Part shown: positions 10,144 through 21,366 of the stretch, in pieces
How positions within the stretch are numbered: position 1 is the stretch's first letter
Layout of the letters: every line of letters begins with the position of its first letter
Assembly (NCBI GenBank): GCA_040222015.1
Contig: JAVJWO010000108.1
Span: 15,240-79,239, forward strand
Direction: 5' to 3'
Length of the DNA: 64,000 nucleotides
Origin: Coleofasciculus chthonoplastes F2-STO-03
GTDB taxonomy: Bacteria; Cyanobacteriota; Cyanobacteriia; Cyanobacteriales; Coleofasciculaceae
Made by a program: the position numbers and the translations under genes
The notes under the pieces: generated by a model
The model's input: only the letters and a program-made list of their open reading frames with translations
Database searches by the model: none
What the model was told of the DNA's origin: nothing

Positions 10144-12090
10144 TTAGCCAGAGATTCCTGATGCTGTTGGTATTTGGGAATCTGAACGGTTTGCTCCCAA
10201 GCGCGATCGCACTTCCAAATACACCAGTAAGGCGTTAATATCGGCTGGGTTAACCCCCCCAATGCGAGACGCTTGTCCAATTGTCAGGGGTTTCACCTGA
10301 GATAATTTCTCGCGAGACTCCTTGGATAAGGTTTCAATGGCATCATAATCCAGATTCACAGGTAATCGTCGCTGGCTTTGACGAGATACTTGATCAATCT
10401 GATTTTGCTGGCGTTGCAGATATCCCGCATATTTAATATCAATTTCCGCGCCGTCTCGTTCAGCTTGGTTGAGACTGGCATTGTCTAATCCATAGTGATC
10501 CAGATTAACGTAGTGGAATTTGGGACGACGTAATAATTCAGCCAGCGTAATCGAACCCTTAATCCGTTGCTGAGTATCCGACGCGATCGCAACACCTAAT
10601 TCCTCATGTTCCTTAATCCGTACTGTCTGGAGTCGTTCCTTCTCCGCCGCAATATTCGCTTGTTTTTCAGTATACAGTTGCCAACGGCGGTTCTCAATTA
10701 AGCCAATCTCTCGCCCCAAGGGAGTCAGACGGCGATCAGCATTATCGGAACGCAGGAGTAACCGATACTCGGAACGACTGGTTAGCATCCGGTAGGGTTC
10801 TCGCAAATCTTTCGTACATAAATCATCAATTAATGTACCGATATAGCTTTCCTCACGGGGAAACACCAACATCTCTTGATGTCGCACATAGCGTACCGCA
10901 TTAATCCCCGCCACAATCCCCTGGGCGGCGGCTTCTTCATATCCCGTCGTCCCATTAATTTGTCCGGCGCAAAATAGCCCCTCTACTTTTTTCGTCATTA
11001 ATGTGGGAAAACACTGAGTTGCGGGCAGATAATCATACTCCACCGCATAAGCTGGACGTAGCATGGAACAGTTTTCCAATCCAGGGAGCGATCGCAACAT
11101 TTGCAACTGTAGCTTCTCTGGTAATCCTGTGGAGAATCCTTGGATATAGAGTTCGGGAATGTCTCGCCCTTCCGGTTCAATAAAGATCTGGTGGCTTGGC
11201 TTATCCGCAAACCGGACAATTTTATCTTCAATACTAGGACAGTAACGGGGTCCTTTTGCATCCACCCAACCCCCATAAACCGGAGATAAATGCAGATTGT
11301 CCCGAATCAACTGATGCGTTTGTGCCGTGGTACGGGTAATATAACAATTCATCTGTTCCCGTTCCACCCACACCTCTGGATCAAAGCTGAACCAAGATAC
11401 CGCTTCATCCCCAGGTTGAGGTTCCATCTTACTGTAATCCACCGATCGCTTATCCACCCGCGCTGGAGTTCCCGTCTTCAAGCGTCCCGTTTCAAACCCC
11501 AGTCGGTTCAGGGTTTCCGTCAATCCCACCGCTGCAAATTCCCCAGCGCGTCCAGCGGACATTGACTTATTTCCCACCCAAATACATCCACCCAGGAACG
11601 TTCCCGTTGTTAATATAACCGCAGGGGCTTGGAATGCTACACCAAAATAAGTCTGAACACCGATAACCTGATCATTCGCACCCAGGACTAAATCCGTCAC
11701 CATCCCTTCCCGGATAACCAAATTCTCCTGGTTCTCAACAATCCGTTTCATCACCGCCGCGTATTCCCGCTTATCGGTTTGCGCCCGTAACGCCCAAACT
11801 GCAGGTCCGCGCGACTGATTTAATACCCGCTTTTGGAGATAGGTTCGGTCTGCCATCTTACCAATTTCTCCCCCCAAAGCGTCTACCTCGTGGGCGAGTT
11901 GGGATTTAGCTGGGGCACCCACAGCGGGGTTACAAGGTTGCCAAGCAATTTTATCCAGGTTCAGGGTAAGTAGCATAGTGCGACATCCCAGACGGGCGGC
12001 GGCGAGTGCGGCTTCGCAGCCCGAATGTCCGGCACCGACAACGATGACATCAAAAGCGTCTTGGAAATCTACGGCGGAATCTGTGGTCAT
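10144..12090 (-). CDS. mnmG: tRNA uridine-5-carboxymethylaminomethyl modification enzyme MnmG/GidA
   Basis: [56 protein letters not shown]. Confidence 0.98.
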   Translation of the reverse strand: MTTDSAVDFQDAFDVIVVGAGHSGCEAALAAARLGCRTMLLTLNLDKIAWQPCNPAVGAPAKSQLAHEVDALGGEIGKMADRTYLQKRVLNQSRGPAVWALRAQTDKREYAAVMKRIVENQENLVIREGMVTDLVLGANDQVIGVQTYFGVAFQAPAVILTTGTFLGGCIWVGNKSMSAGRAGEFAAVGLTETLNRLGFETGRLKTGTPARVDKRSVDYSKMEPQPGDEAVSWFSFDPEVWVEREQMNCYITRTTAQTHQLIRDNLHLSPVYGGWVDAKGPRYCPSIEDKIVRFADKPSHQIFIEPEGRDIPELYIQGFSTGLPEKLQLQMLRSLPGLENCSMLRPAYAVEYDYLPATQCFPTLMTKKVEGLFCAGQINGTTGYEEAAAQGIVAGINAVRYVRHQEMLVFPREESYIGTLIDDLCTKDLREPYRMLTSRSEYRLLLRSDNADRRLTPLGREIGLIENRRWQLYTEKQANIAAEKERLQTVRIKEHEELGVAIASDTQQRIKGSITLAELLRRPKFHYVNLDHYGLDNASLNQAERDGAEIDIKYAGYLQRQQNQIDQVSRQSQRRLPVNLDYDAIETLSKESREKLSQVKPLTIGQASRIGGVNPADINALLVYLEVRSRLGANRSDSQIPTASGISG

Positions 12091-12269
12091 GATTAGTGTT
12101 TGAGTGACAAGGACTCATGGTTCATTTTACCGAATTCCCTGGTAGAGATGTGCCATGGCGCATCTCTACTGTTTTACCGTTATCGTCATGCAACGTAGGG
12201 GCACCATCCTTGCGCCCTTAACTTGATTCTGCGAGAAGTCTCCCGCCATAATCTACGATTTGTCATTTT

Positions 12270-12326
12270 GAGCTAATGCAAAGAGCTGGAATGTCTGCTG
12301 ATGATTTCCCTGAGGACGTGGATTAA
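12270..12326 (+). repeat. Diverged direct repeat; 3' remnant of the XRE-HTH gene found again at 19004-19060
   Basis: gagctaatgcaaagagctggaatgtctgctgatgatttccctgaggacgtggattaa versus gagctaatgtaaagagccgaaatgtctgctgatgatcttcctgatgacgtgaagtga. Confidence 0.75.
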
Positions 12327-12479
12327 GGTGGGTTGAGCGAAGTCGAAACCCACCCTACGGTATATGAAAGGTTTCGGCGATTTTTGATGCAAATTTTCAG
12401 TGCTATTCTGGTAATAAAAATCAGTAAAATTGTATTACAATAAATTCACTTAAATCAGGTCAAGGATGAGAATTGAGGA

Positions 12480-13502
12480 GTGACTAAAATGAGCGAATAT
12501 GATTCGCCATGGAAGGAAAGCATTTCGCTATATTTTCGGGAGTTTTTGAGTTTTTTCTATCCACGCATAGAAGAGGACATTGATTGGGAACGAGGATTTG
12601 AATTTTTAGACACTGAGTTACAACAAATCAAGCGAGAGACAGAAACGGGTAGGAGAGATGCGGATAAGTTGGTGAAAGTTTGGCGTCGTAGCGGGGAGGA
12701 GGAATGGGTTCTTGTCCATGTAGAAGTGCAATCACAGCGTCAAAGCGAGTTTAGTGAGCGGATGTACCTGTATCACAGCCGGATTTTCGATAGGTATCGT
12801 CGCAGTGTGGTGAGTTTGGGAATACTCGGCGATGAGCAACCGGGTTGGCGCCCCAGTCGGTATGAGCGTGAATTGTGGGGGTGTCGGGCAATACTGGAAT
12901 TTCCAGTGGTGAAACTGCTAGATTACAGTATGGATGAGCTTGCGAGTAGTCAAAACCCATTGGCGGCGATAGTACAGGCGCACCTTTCTGCTCAAGTTGC
13001 CGGGAAAGATGTTGGGGTTGGATATGAAAGCAAGCTGTCTCTGATTAAGAGTTTATATGAGCGTGGGTATGGGCGAGAGGATATCGTTCAATTATTTCGA
13101 TTAATCGATTGGTTTATTGCCTTACCGAAGAGAGAAGAGGATCGATTGTGGCAAGAGATACAAACGTTAGAAGAGGAGAGAAAAATGCCTTATATTACCA
13201 GTGTTGAACGAATCGGAATCAGGAAGGGCTTGGAGCAGGGATTGGAGAAAGGCTTACAACAAGGACGACAAGAAGATATTGTCCGTATTCTTGAACTTCG
13301 GTTTGAAGATATTCCGCAGAACTTGAGGGAATTAATTGGAAAAATAGAAGCTCTTGAGGTGCTAGGTACTCTTCTGGTTCAGGCGGTGACAACTCAATCC
13401 TTAAAGGCATTTGAATCTGTGGCGAATCAATTGATTACAGAGGCGGGATTGGAATTGGAGGACACAGAATCGAGTGCGGGGGAAGAGGCGAATGAGACGT
13501 AA
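12480..13502 (+). CDS. Rpn/YhgA-like (recombination-promoting nuclease, PD-(D/E)XK) family protein
   Basis: YDSPWK, DADKLVKV, LVHVEVQSQ, RMYLYHSRIFDRY; C-terminal MPYITSVERIG...GLEQG repeats typical of this family. Confidence 0.8.
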   Translation: MTKMSEYDSPWKESISLYFREFLSFFYPRIEEDIDWERGFEFLDTELQQIKRETETGRRDADKLVKVWRRSGEEEWVLVHVEVQSQRQSEFSERMYLYHSRIFDRYRRSVVSLGILGDEQPGWRPSRYERELWGCRAILEFPVVKLLDYSMDELASSQNPLAAIVQAHLSAQVAGKDVGVGYESKLSLIKSLYERGYGREDIVQLFRLIDWFIALPKREEDRLWQEIQTLEEERKMPYITSVERIGIRKGLEQGLEKGLQQGRQEDIVRILELRFEDIPQNLRELIGKIEALEVLGTLLVQAVTTQSLKAFESVANQLITEAGLELEDTESSAGEEANET

Positions 13503-13664
13503 ACAAAAAGTTAGGTTTTATTGAGCAAGAATTTGTGCGATCGCTGGTATGGGCAAGAGGATATAGTTCTATTATTTCGATTGCTCGATTTGTTTATTGC
13601 CCTACCTGAAAGTGAAAAATAACACTTGCATAAAGACATACAAACCTTAGAAAAGAAGAGGAAA

Positions 13665-13928
13665 ATGCATTACATTAGTAGTGTTGAACGAATCGGAATC
13701 AGGAAGGGGTTACAACAAGGAAGACAAGGCTCTATTATTCGTACTCTTGAAGTTCGCTTTGAAGATATTCCGCAGAAATTGAGGAAATTAATTGGGAAAA
13801 TAGAGGCTTTTGAGGTGCTAGAAACTATTCTGGTCCAGGCGGTGACGACTCAATCCTTAGAGGAATTTGAATCTGTGGTAAATCAATTTGTTACTGAGGA
13901 GGGGTTGGAATTGCAGAACACAGAGTAA
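13665..13928 (+). CDS. Stand-alone duplicate of the Rpn C-terminal domain (RpnS-like cassette or gene fragment)
   Basis: DNA from ~13546 is a diverged copy of ~13065-13470; AAGAGG RBS and ATG give MHYISSVERIGIRKGLQQG... Confidence 0.6.
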   Translation: MHYISSVERIGIRKGLQQGRQGSIIRTLEVRFEDIPQKLRKLIGKIEAFEVLETILVQAVTTQSLEEFESVVNQFVTEEGLELQNTE

Positions 13929-14048
13929 TCCCGTTTTTGCCGAGGCGACTGGAAGTCACGGCTACACAAACAAAGTCCGCCTTCGCGGACTAGATAATAT
14001 CAGTATTAACTCTTTGCTGGGGCATGGCGCTCAATTATCATAATCGCA

Positions 14049-17000
14049 TTAATTCAAATCAGCAACAACTTTTGCCACTGATTCTGCTTGTTCAGGATAT
14101 AATCGCGCTATTAATCCGCACATTTGATAGGCAGTTTCAAGATTGTAAGCGCAGGGAACTAATAAGCGTTTAAAGTTATTTTTGTCTTTGAGTTGGACAA
14201 GAATAACAGCAATGTGGCATAAGAGTTGATTGCGATTAATCAAAACTTTTTCGGCTGTGTTAAATGCTTGTTCAACTTGTCCTGCCATTACCTGTATCTG
14301 GGCAATCCTCCAAAGTGCTTTCAGTCGTTTCTGTTCATCTGTTATCTTTTCTTTAGCCTTGAAAACTGCGTTCAGCGTTCCTGAAAGCCCATCTTGAGCT
14401 CCTTGGTTCCATTGAAATGAAGCGATATCCGAGAGCGTTTTTGCTTGCGTCCATCCATCCTCGATCTTGTTTGTGTTTTCCCAAGCCAGAGTAATTTCTC
14501 CCACTTTTACCTGTGAACCCGCTACTGTTGATAGAAGCGAGTCTGGGTTTGTCTTAATTCTTTTAGCTTTTTCTTCTTCAATTATCTCACAAGCTTCAGC
14601 CCAAATATCTAATGCTGCTTGCCTTTCTCCTAGTTCCTGCCAAGCCACTGCTATCGAACTTAGCGTTGTGACTGCATGGTCAAATCCCCCATTCCAAGAA
14701 CTGAGTGCATTCTCATGAATAGTAGTGAGGGCTGTTTTTAATCTTTCCCTCTGTTCTGCCTCTGGATGTACCTGTGCCAGCGTTTGTAGAACTAGGGCTT
14801 TATGACCAATCAGTTTAATCTTTTCTACCGTCTCTAAGGCAGCATCAAACTCTCCGGCTTTTGCCTGAGCTATGCCTATTGTTTTGAACAATTCAACAAT
14901 ATGCCAATCTGTATGATTTGGAGAATTTTGCTTTTCGATCTTCTGTACAATATCAATAGCTTCGGTGAAAATGCCTTTCACCTGGTTTCTTTTACCTAAT
15001 TTAGCGTAAACTTCACCCAACCTGGCTAAGATGTTTACTTTTTGACTCAGCTTTTTAATGTTCTTAGCAATTTCATGGGCATCCTTAGCGTAAGCGAGTC
15101 CTTTTTCGTTCTGAGCAGATAGAAGCAACAACTCTGCCATATTGAGCAAAGTAGAAGCTGATTGATATGAAACGTCATAATCCAAGGAATATTTAAGTCC
15201 CAGGGCAAAAGTATCTCGTGCTTCTTTGGCTAGACCAATTTGATACTGTATTGTAGCTATTGATTTGAGCAATTCAAGTTTTGTTAATGTATTGAACAAT
15301 CCGTTAGCAATTTGGATAGCATGACTAAAGTTTTTGGCATGGGCGTATGCTGTAGCTATTTCTACCAGAGCATCTTTTTGCTTGATTTGGGATTGAATAT
15401 GACGTTCAAGTGTAAAGGCATCGTCAAATTTTCCGGCTGTAACCTGTCCTTTAATAATTTCTATCAATGCTTCATCTTTATCAGTTTGATTATCTGGCAT
15501 ATCAATCATGTTAGCAGTTTCAATCGCTTGGTCAAACCATCTCAGCTTGGTTTGTCCTTTAACTATTGTTAACAGAGATTCTGCTTTGCGGCGTTTATTC
15601 TTAATTTGCCGTGCTGTTGTTATAGCATCGGTAAAATATTCTTGCCGTCGCTGAGCTTTCTGTGCCTGTACTGCTACAATCTCCTGGAGAATCATATCTT
15701 TATAATAGTCAGGACTATTGTCATAAATTCTATTTGCGGTTTCCAGAACATAAATAAAAATTATATCGTCACACTCTTTCTGGTTTGCTATCGACGACAA
15801 AAGTCTTTCTATAGATTTAGGGTTAAGATTTGCAAGTTCTTCAGTGGTCTTAAGGGCATCAGCTAATTCTCCAATCTCAGCTTGCTTTCTAGCTATTCGA
15901 CCAAGAAAATAATAGGACTTGCCTTTGTCTTGAATGTTCTGGGCAAATTGTTTCGCTCGACTAAATGAGATTCGGGCTTGCTCTCTATCCCCAATTTTTG
16001 CTTGCGCTTTGGCAAGCTCTATCCAGTAGTCTTCTAAGTCACCTTGAAACTCAATTCGTTGCAGAGTTTCGCGGACGTCAGAAAACAGTCCTGCATCTGC
16101 CTGGTAATTTGCTATGTCAATCAAAGTCCTCATTCGATGCTTTTGATTTTCAATCTTGTGTGTTGCTTCGAGAGCTTCGCTAAAGGTGGCTCTTGCATCC
16201 TCTCTCTGTCCCAGTTTAATTTGCGCTTTGGCTATATCACCCATCCCCCATACCCACCAACAGTTTGGAAAGGTTTGTCTTGTAATTTCAAGGGCTTTGG
16301 CAAAGACAATTTGTGCTTCTTGACTATTACCTTTCTCTGCTTGTGCCTTTAGTATCTCTGGGAATGGAAATGGTTTCTTCAATTCCAAAATAATCCATTC
16401 TACAATTTTAAGAGCAGCTTGAACCTTACCAAGTTCGGTGAGAAATATACAAAGCAAACCCGGAGCAGAATATTCAAAAAGCCTTTGATGCAAAGTGAGA
16501 CAGGTTTCCTCACTCACTTCAAAAATATGAGCGAGGAAATATGCAGCATACTTGTGTTGCCAATCAGTAGCCCCATTGATTGGAAAAAAGGGTAAATTCT
16601 TCTGCTGTAATCTTTTCAACGTATCCCGTGCGTCATCCAGCTTGCCCTCATCTTTCAATTCCCACGCCAGCAGCAAATACCAAAGAATACAGCGCTCAAT
16701 CTCATACTGATCCGCCAGTACCCATGCCCTTTTGAGACTATCCGATCGCAACGCCTCCAGTGGTGACTCTTGAGCATTCGTCTGCCCCAGTCTGTGTGCG
16801 TGTATCAGCACAAACTCAGCCATTCTCTCTGCCTTGTCTTCCTCCACTGCACCGAGCAAGGCAGCCTGCACTGTCTTCAAAGGCAAATCAGGCTCATTGG
16901 GTAATTGTTCGCTTTGGGTAGCCGCAAAGTCTGGATTTCGTGCGATCGCATACAATTCTTCCCACCGTTTTTCCTCCCGTAAATGTTCTGGATAATACTG

Positions 17001-18644
17001 CAAGGCGTAATGACTTTGATGTTCTTGCCAATGGCTACAATAGTCAATCAAATTTTCTAAAGCATCTTCAGCATCTTCATCGTCATCTAACTTTGCAGCA
17101 AACGTTGTTGCCAGTAATGGGTGGGCAAAAGCATAAAGATTGTCTGCTGTAATTCTTATCCAGCGCGTTACCTGCCAACACAAATGCATCTGCCGTAATT
17201 GGCGATCGCGCATTTTTGTCACGGCTTTAATATCCTCTTTGGTTAGTGCGCCTTTCGCTACTGCCAATAGTGCAAAAAACTGCCACCGTTCATCTGGTAA
17301 GTCGAGTTCGTCTAAGCGTTTTATCTGTTGCTGCACATACTCCTCAAAACTTTTAGGTGTCTGTGCCAACAATTCCTGAATATTCTGTATATGCTTTGGC
17401 GCATGATGACATAAGTCATCAATCAGACAGCTTAGGTAAAGTGGAAAGCCTTGAGTGATTTGATCGAGTTGGTTAACTAAGCTTGTATCGTCTGCAAATC
17501 CTGCCAATTCACCATTTCCCGCTTCTCGTAACCATTGCGCGATCGCACTCTTAGACAAACGCTCAAGATGTAACGGTTCACCCTTCTCTGTCCAGCCTTC
17601 CAAATATTTTTGTTCTTGTCCTTTTTCGGCTCTAGCTGAAGCAATTACAAATACATTTTCTGGCAAAGGATTGGGAAAAGGAGGAAGAAAAATTTCTCCG
17701 GCTTCATCTAAGCCATCGATCACAATAATCAAAGGCTTTTCTGTTTGTCTCCCTGATCTTAAGCCGTTATAGAGTATTGTACGTAAGTTATCTTTATTGT
17801 TAGATGATAGATCATAAGCAAACTCATTATCAGCATCAAGTTGTCGGATTAGATTCCGATAAGCAGTTTCGATAGAGCGAGTTCTCTCATTGAAAAAATG
17901 GTAAGCAATATCACAATCTTTGTTCTGCAATTCTTTGACCCAATTAGCCAGCAGTGCTGTTTTACCAAAACCTGCGGGAGCCGTTACGAGGAATAAACCG
18001 CTGGAGTTTTCCTGCAAAAATCTGGCTAATTTCTGGCGTTCCTCCTCGCGCCCTACAAATAACTGGGTGTATTCGCTGATAGTTTGCTCAACCTTATCCA
18101 CAACCTCCCATTCAGTCAGTCTTCTCTCTTCGCCAAAGTTTTCTTCTAAAATGGCTTCAATTCGTCGAACTTGATTAACTTGGAGGTTAGCAACGGCTTT
18201 GAGGATATCCCGGTAATCCCAAATATCTTTATCTTTGTCAAAGGTAAACTTATTTTGAATGATTTCATCATAGCCGCTGCCCGAATAAGACTGCTGCTTT
18301 TCGGTTAGTATATAGATAATTAGCCTGTCATACTTCTCATACAACTTGTACTCAACAAACTTCCGTAGGGTCTTTTTAATTTTCTCACTGTTGGATGTTG
18401 AGGTGATTTGAAACGCCACTCTTGCCCTCTCATCTCCCAAATCGATTCCTGGATAGTTACTTCCTTCTGTATCATTCATATTTTGGAGATCGGTATAACC
18501 GTATACTTCAGAGAAGAGAGGAATTAGTAACGTTTCCGCTACTTTATTTATATCGGTTCGTGTCATCGCTGTAGCACCCTTGACCTGAGTGACAAAGCTA
18601 GACATTAATGTATTGATTCGGTTTTGCGATCGCAACAGTTCCAT
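14049..18644 (-). CDS. SMEK-domain STAND (NACHT/AAA-like) NTPase with C-terminal TPR array; Avs/NLR-like candidate defence protein
   Basis: N-terminal DINKVAE...NYPGIDLGD...AFQITS (SMEK-like); Walker A APAGFGKT; Walker B IIVIDGLDE; about 800 aa of TPR-like helical repeats. Confidence 0.8.
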   Translation of the reverse strand: MELLRSQNRINTLMSSFVTQVKGATAMTRTDINKVAETLLIPLFSEVYGYTDLQNMNDTEGSNYPGIDLGDERARVAFQITSTSNSEKIKKTLRKFVEYKLYEKYDRLIIYILTEKQQSYSGSGYDEIIQNKFTFDKDKDIWDYRDILKAVANLQVNQVRRIEAILEENFGEERRLTEWEVVDKVEQTISEYTQLFVGREEERQKLARFLQENSSGLFLVTAPAGFGKTALLANWVKELQNKDCDIAYHFFNERTRSIETAYRNLIRQLDADNEFAYDLSSNNKDNLRTILYNGLRSGRQTEKPLIIVIDGLDEAGEIFLPPFPNPLPENVFVIASARAEKGQEQKYLEGWTEKGEPLHLERLSKSAIAQWLREAGNGELAGFADDTSLVNQLDQITQGFPLYLSCLIDDLCHHAPKHIQNIQELLAQTPKSFEEYVQQQIKRLDELDLPDERWQFFALLAVAKGALTKEDIKAVTKMRDRQLRQMHLCWQVTRWIRITADNLYAFAHPLLATTFAAKLDDDEDAEDALENLIDYCSHWQEHQSHYALQYYPEHLREEKRWEELYAIARNPDFAATQSEQLPNEPDLPLKTVQAALLGAVEEDKAERMAEFVLIHAHRLGQTNAQESPLEALRSDSLKRAWVLADQYEIERCILWYLLLAWELKDEGKLDDARDTLKRLQQKNLPFFPINGATDWQHKYAAYFLAHIFEVSEETCLTLHQRLFEYSAPGLLCIFLTELGKVQAALKIVEWIILELKKPFPFPEILKAQAEKGNSQEAQIVFAKALEITRQTFPNCWWVWGMGDIAKAQIKLGQREDARATFSEALEATHKIENQKHRMRTLIDIANYQADAGLFSDVRETLQRIEFQGDLEDYWIELAKAQAKIGDREQARISFSRAKQFAQNIQDKGKSYYFLGRIARKQAEIGELADALKTTEELANLNPKSIERLLSSIANQKECDDIIFIYVLETANRIYDNSPDYYKDMILQEIVAVQAQKAQRRQEYFTDAITTARQIKNKRRKAESLLTIVKGQTKLRWFDQAIETANMIDMPDNQTDKDEALIEIIKGQVTAGKFDDAFTLERHIQSQIKQKDALVEIATAYAHAKNFSHAIQIANGLFNTLTKLELLKSIATIQYQIGLAKEARDTFALGLKYSLDYDVSYQSASTLLNMAELLLLSAQNEKGLAYAKDAHEIAKNIKKLSQKVNILARLGEVYAKLGKRNQVKGIFTEAIDIVQKIEKQNSPNHTDWHIVELFKTIGIAQAKAGEFDAALETVEKIKLIGHKALVLQTLAQVHPEAEQRERLKTALTTIHENALSSWNGGFDHAVTTLSSIAVAWQELGERQAALDIWAEACEIIEEEKAKRIKTNPDSLLSTVAGSQVKVGEITLAWENTNKIEDGWTQAKTLSDIASFQWNQGAQDGLSGTLNAVFKAKEKITDEQKRLKALWRIAQIQVMAGQVEQAFNTAEKVLINRNQLLCHIAVILVQLKDKNNFKRLLVPCAYNLETAYQMCGLIARLYPEQAESVAKVVADLN

Positions 18645-18820
18645 GGACTCGATTTGGCAGGCGATATTCCTCTAGTTCTAACACATAGTCCACAGCCAAT
18701 CTATGATAAAGGGCGGGTTGGGTTGATAAGTTATCGGTAGATACCAAAATTAAGCGGCTAAACCCGCCCCGACAATTTATTTGGGTTCGCGAACTGGGAT
18801 TACTAAGCTGATACCTTAAA

Positions 18821-19060
18821 ATGGCAAACGATAATTTAAATAGCAACCTTGAATGGGCAACTCTCAAACTGTTACGCCAACATCTGAGTATGACTCAAGA
18901 AGAGTTAGCTCAGGAATTAGGAACAACCAGCAGAACAATCCGACGCCACGAGACGGGGAAAAGGCAAATTAGGTTTTCGCTTCCTCAAATCAAGCGACTG
19001 ATTGAGCTAATGTAAAGAGCCGAAATGTCTGCTGATGATCTTCCTGATGACGTGAAGTGA
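18821..19060 (+). pseudogene. XRE-family HTH regulator with a probable premature stop (TAA at 19013-19015)
   Basis: LRQHLSMTQEELAQELGTTSRTIRRHETG; the frame continues RAEMSADDLPDDVK* after the stop; the paralogous copy at 12270 has CAA at that codon. Confidence 0.65.
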
Positions 19061-19065
19061 ACTAT

Positions 19066-19164
19066 TCAGGTTTTTGAACTAGGAAACCATCGGTCAATTT
19101 CTACCAGTACCTTACCCTCTTTTTCGAGCTTGTACGATAGAAAATTGACAAACATTCCCCAACC
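19066..19164 (-). pseudogene. tnpB: IS200/IS605 tnpB fragment
   Basis: Minus strand reads GWGMFVNFLSYKLEKEGKVLVEIDRWFPSSKT*, the TnpB segment preceding the Zn finger. Confidence 0.75.
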
Positions 19165-19380
19165 TATAACGGAATCGGCAAAGCCCGAATCTTTCAGGAT
19201 GCTAAAATTTCCCTCCTTGGACGGGAAGGTACGTTTGAATGTTTAGAACTTCCAGGTGGCAGAAATCCTTTACTCGGAGTTATCCCACTGGAAGCTTTAG
19301 GGATTGAATTAGATATAAAAAATCAACGCCTGAAGCTATTGCCTATCAGTCCAACTGAAACCTATTTAACGATTCTTTAA
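19165..19380 (+). pseudogene. C-terminal fragment of a clan AA aspartyl protease
   Basis: ...ARIFQDAKISLLGREGTFECLELPGGRNPLLGVIPLEALGIELDIKNQRL...*; N-terminus missing. Confidence 0.6.
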
Positions 19381-20031
19381 ATAAACAGTAAAAATCCACG
19401 ACTATTATCGTCGTGGATTTTGCAACTGAGGCTCTCTTCTAGTCCTGCCGAAGCAAGGCTTTTAGTTATCCCAAATCCCAAGGGTTAGGAGGACTTAAAA
19501 AACGTTATTCGCTGGCGCTACCCGTAATAATTTTGGGATACAATTATCTTGGGTTAACGACAGGTGGATGAGGCGTAAATTTTAGCTTACAGCTAGTGCT
19601 GTCAGAAGTAATACATTGACGAATAGAATAGCGCACGCCCCTTGAAAAGCATAGCGACGCTGTTGCTCACTATTGGGATATTCAGCATAATATACAGGGG
19701 TTTCGATCGCGTAGTTGTTCAGTTGTCCATCTTGGTTGATTGTGGTGTACATCTGAATCTTTCTCCTCTGTGTTTTTTCTCTCTGTTGTTTATAACTTTA
19801 ACGAAGGTCTTTACAGAAAAGCAATAGATATGCTATCGGATCTTGTTCTGCTTTTTATAAGATGAGCTTATCAAAAGTTACCCGGGTTATATGCCTAGGC
19901 AATAATACCGACTTAACTCCATCACAGACAGTTTTCCCCTAGAACTTCTCCATTGCCATTCATCAAAAGACTGGACTTTGCGTCTGCTAAGATAGATCAG
20001 CCACAGTTAGATTCACCGTTCTACTGCAAAG

Positions 20032-20892
20032 ATGGACAACACACTGAACAGGCTTCGCCGCCTGAAACGAATTATGGGTTACCGTGTCGAGGATACAATC
20101 AGACACTTATCCAACAACGTGAGTCCGTCAGAAATAGTTAATCAAAAGGAAATTAGAGTAGTTGGCTTAAAACGGAGTGGAAATCATGCCATTATCAACT
20201 GGATCAGAAAACAACACCACGGTGAAGTATGGCATTTGAATAAGATTCCCGTAAAAAGAAATCCATACCGTTTCTTGTATGAACATTATCCCAAAGAAAA
20301 ATTAAAACAGGAAGCCAAAGGTAATTTCACCAAAAAAGACTGTTTAATCTATAGCTATGAAGATCATGCGCTTGAGCAAATCACTGACAATGAGTTTGAG
20401 AGAAAAAGTGAACTGTACTTGGGTGAAAGTGCAATCAAATACGACGTAATTATCTTAAGAGATCCTTTCAATATGCTGGCAAGCCGATTTAAAAAGGGAT
20501 ATATGAAAGTAAAATGTCCTGATAGAACATTAGTTGAACTGTGGATATCATACGCTCAAGAATTATTGGGAGAAACGCAGTTTTTGAAAAATCATAAAAT
20601 TGTGGTTAATTATAATCAGTGGTTTATCGATGTGGACTATCGCCAGCAATTAGCCAAGCAACTTAATATCAAGTTTTCTGATGCAGGTTTTAATGAGGTA
20701 AAAGGTCAAGGTGGTGGGAGTTCTTTCGACGGACTTATATTTCGGGGGAAAGCGGCTGAAATGGATGTTCTTAATCGATGGAAAGTCTTTGCTGATCAGC
20801 CACAATATCAAAAACTCATTGATAATGCAGAACTTCGAGACTATTCAGAACGAATCTTTGGTCATATTCCAGGAACAGAGCGCTATTTTTGA
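20032..20892 (+). CDS. Sulfotransferase-like protein
   Basis: VVGLKRSGNHAI (PAPS 5'-binding loop-like) and IILRDPFNMLAS motifs. Confidence 0.65.
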   Translation: MDNTLNRLRRLKRIMGYRVEDTIRHLSNNVSPSEIVNQKEIRVVGLKRSGNHAIINWIRKQHHGEVWHLNKIPVKRNPYRFLYEHYPKEKLKQEAKGNFTKKDCLIYSYEDHALEQITDNEFERKSELYLGESAIKYDVIILRDPFNMLASRFKKGYMKVKCPDRTLVELWISYAQELLGETQFLKNHKIVVNYNQWFIDVDYRQQLAKQLNIKFSDAGFNEVKGQGGGSSFDGLIFRGKAAEMDVLNRWKVFADQPQYQKLIDNAELRDYSERIFGHIPGTERYF

Positions 20893-21366
20893 GAGGTTTT
20901 GGCATCGGATTTTCTGACTGGACTGTTTTTGTAGAGTTACCTCCACTGAATATCTGGAAACCATTATTCATCAAGGGTTAAAGCGGTTTTAACTTCAGTC
21001 ATGGAGTCAAGATTAACTCAAATTTTACGAATACCTTCCCAAAGGTTAACCCTTTCACCCCGATAAAGGGAGTAAGATTGATGAAGATTTCTTCGGGGTG
21101 AATTATGAATAGATTTCCTTTCCTTGGGGCAACTCTCCAGTTAAAAAAGGTGCAAAATCTTACTGTATAAGCTTTCTCCCCTCCTGCCTTCTTGCCTGGT
21201 TGGTGAGCCTGTCGAACCACTGCCTCCTGCCTTCTTGCACTAGATATCGATCAGGGCGGGTTTTGAATAAATTTTATCACCAATAGCTGGCACAAAATCC
21301 CCTAAACCCGCCCCTACAAACCCGGTTTCACTCTTCAGCGCGTTGGCTCAAAACATCTGTAACTAT

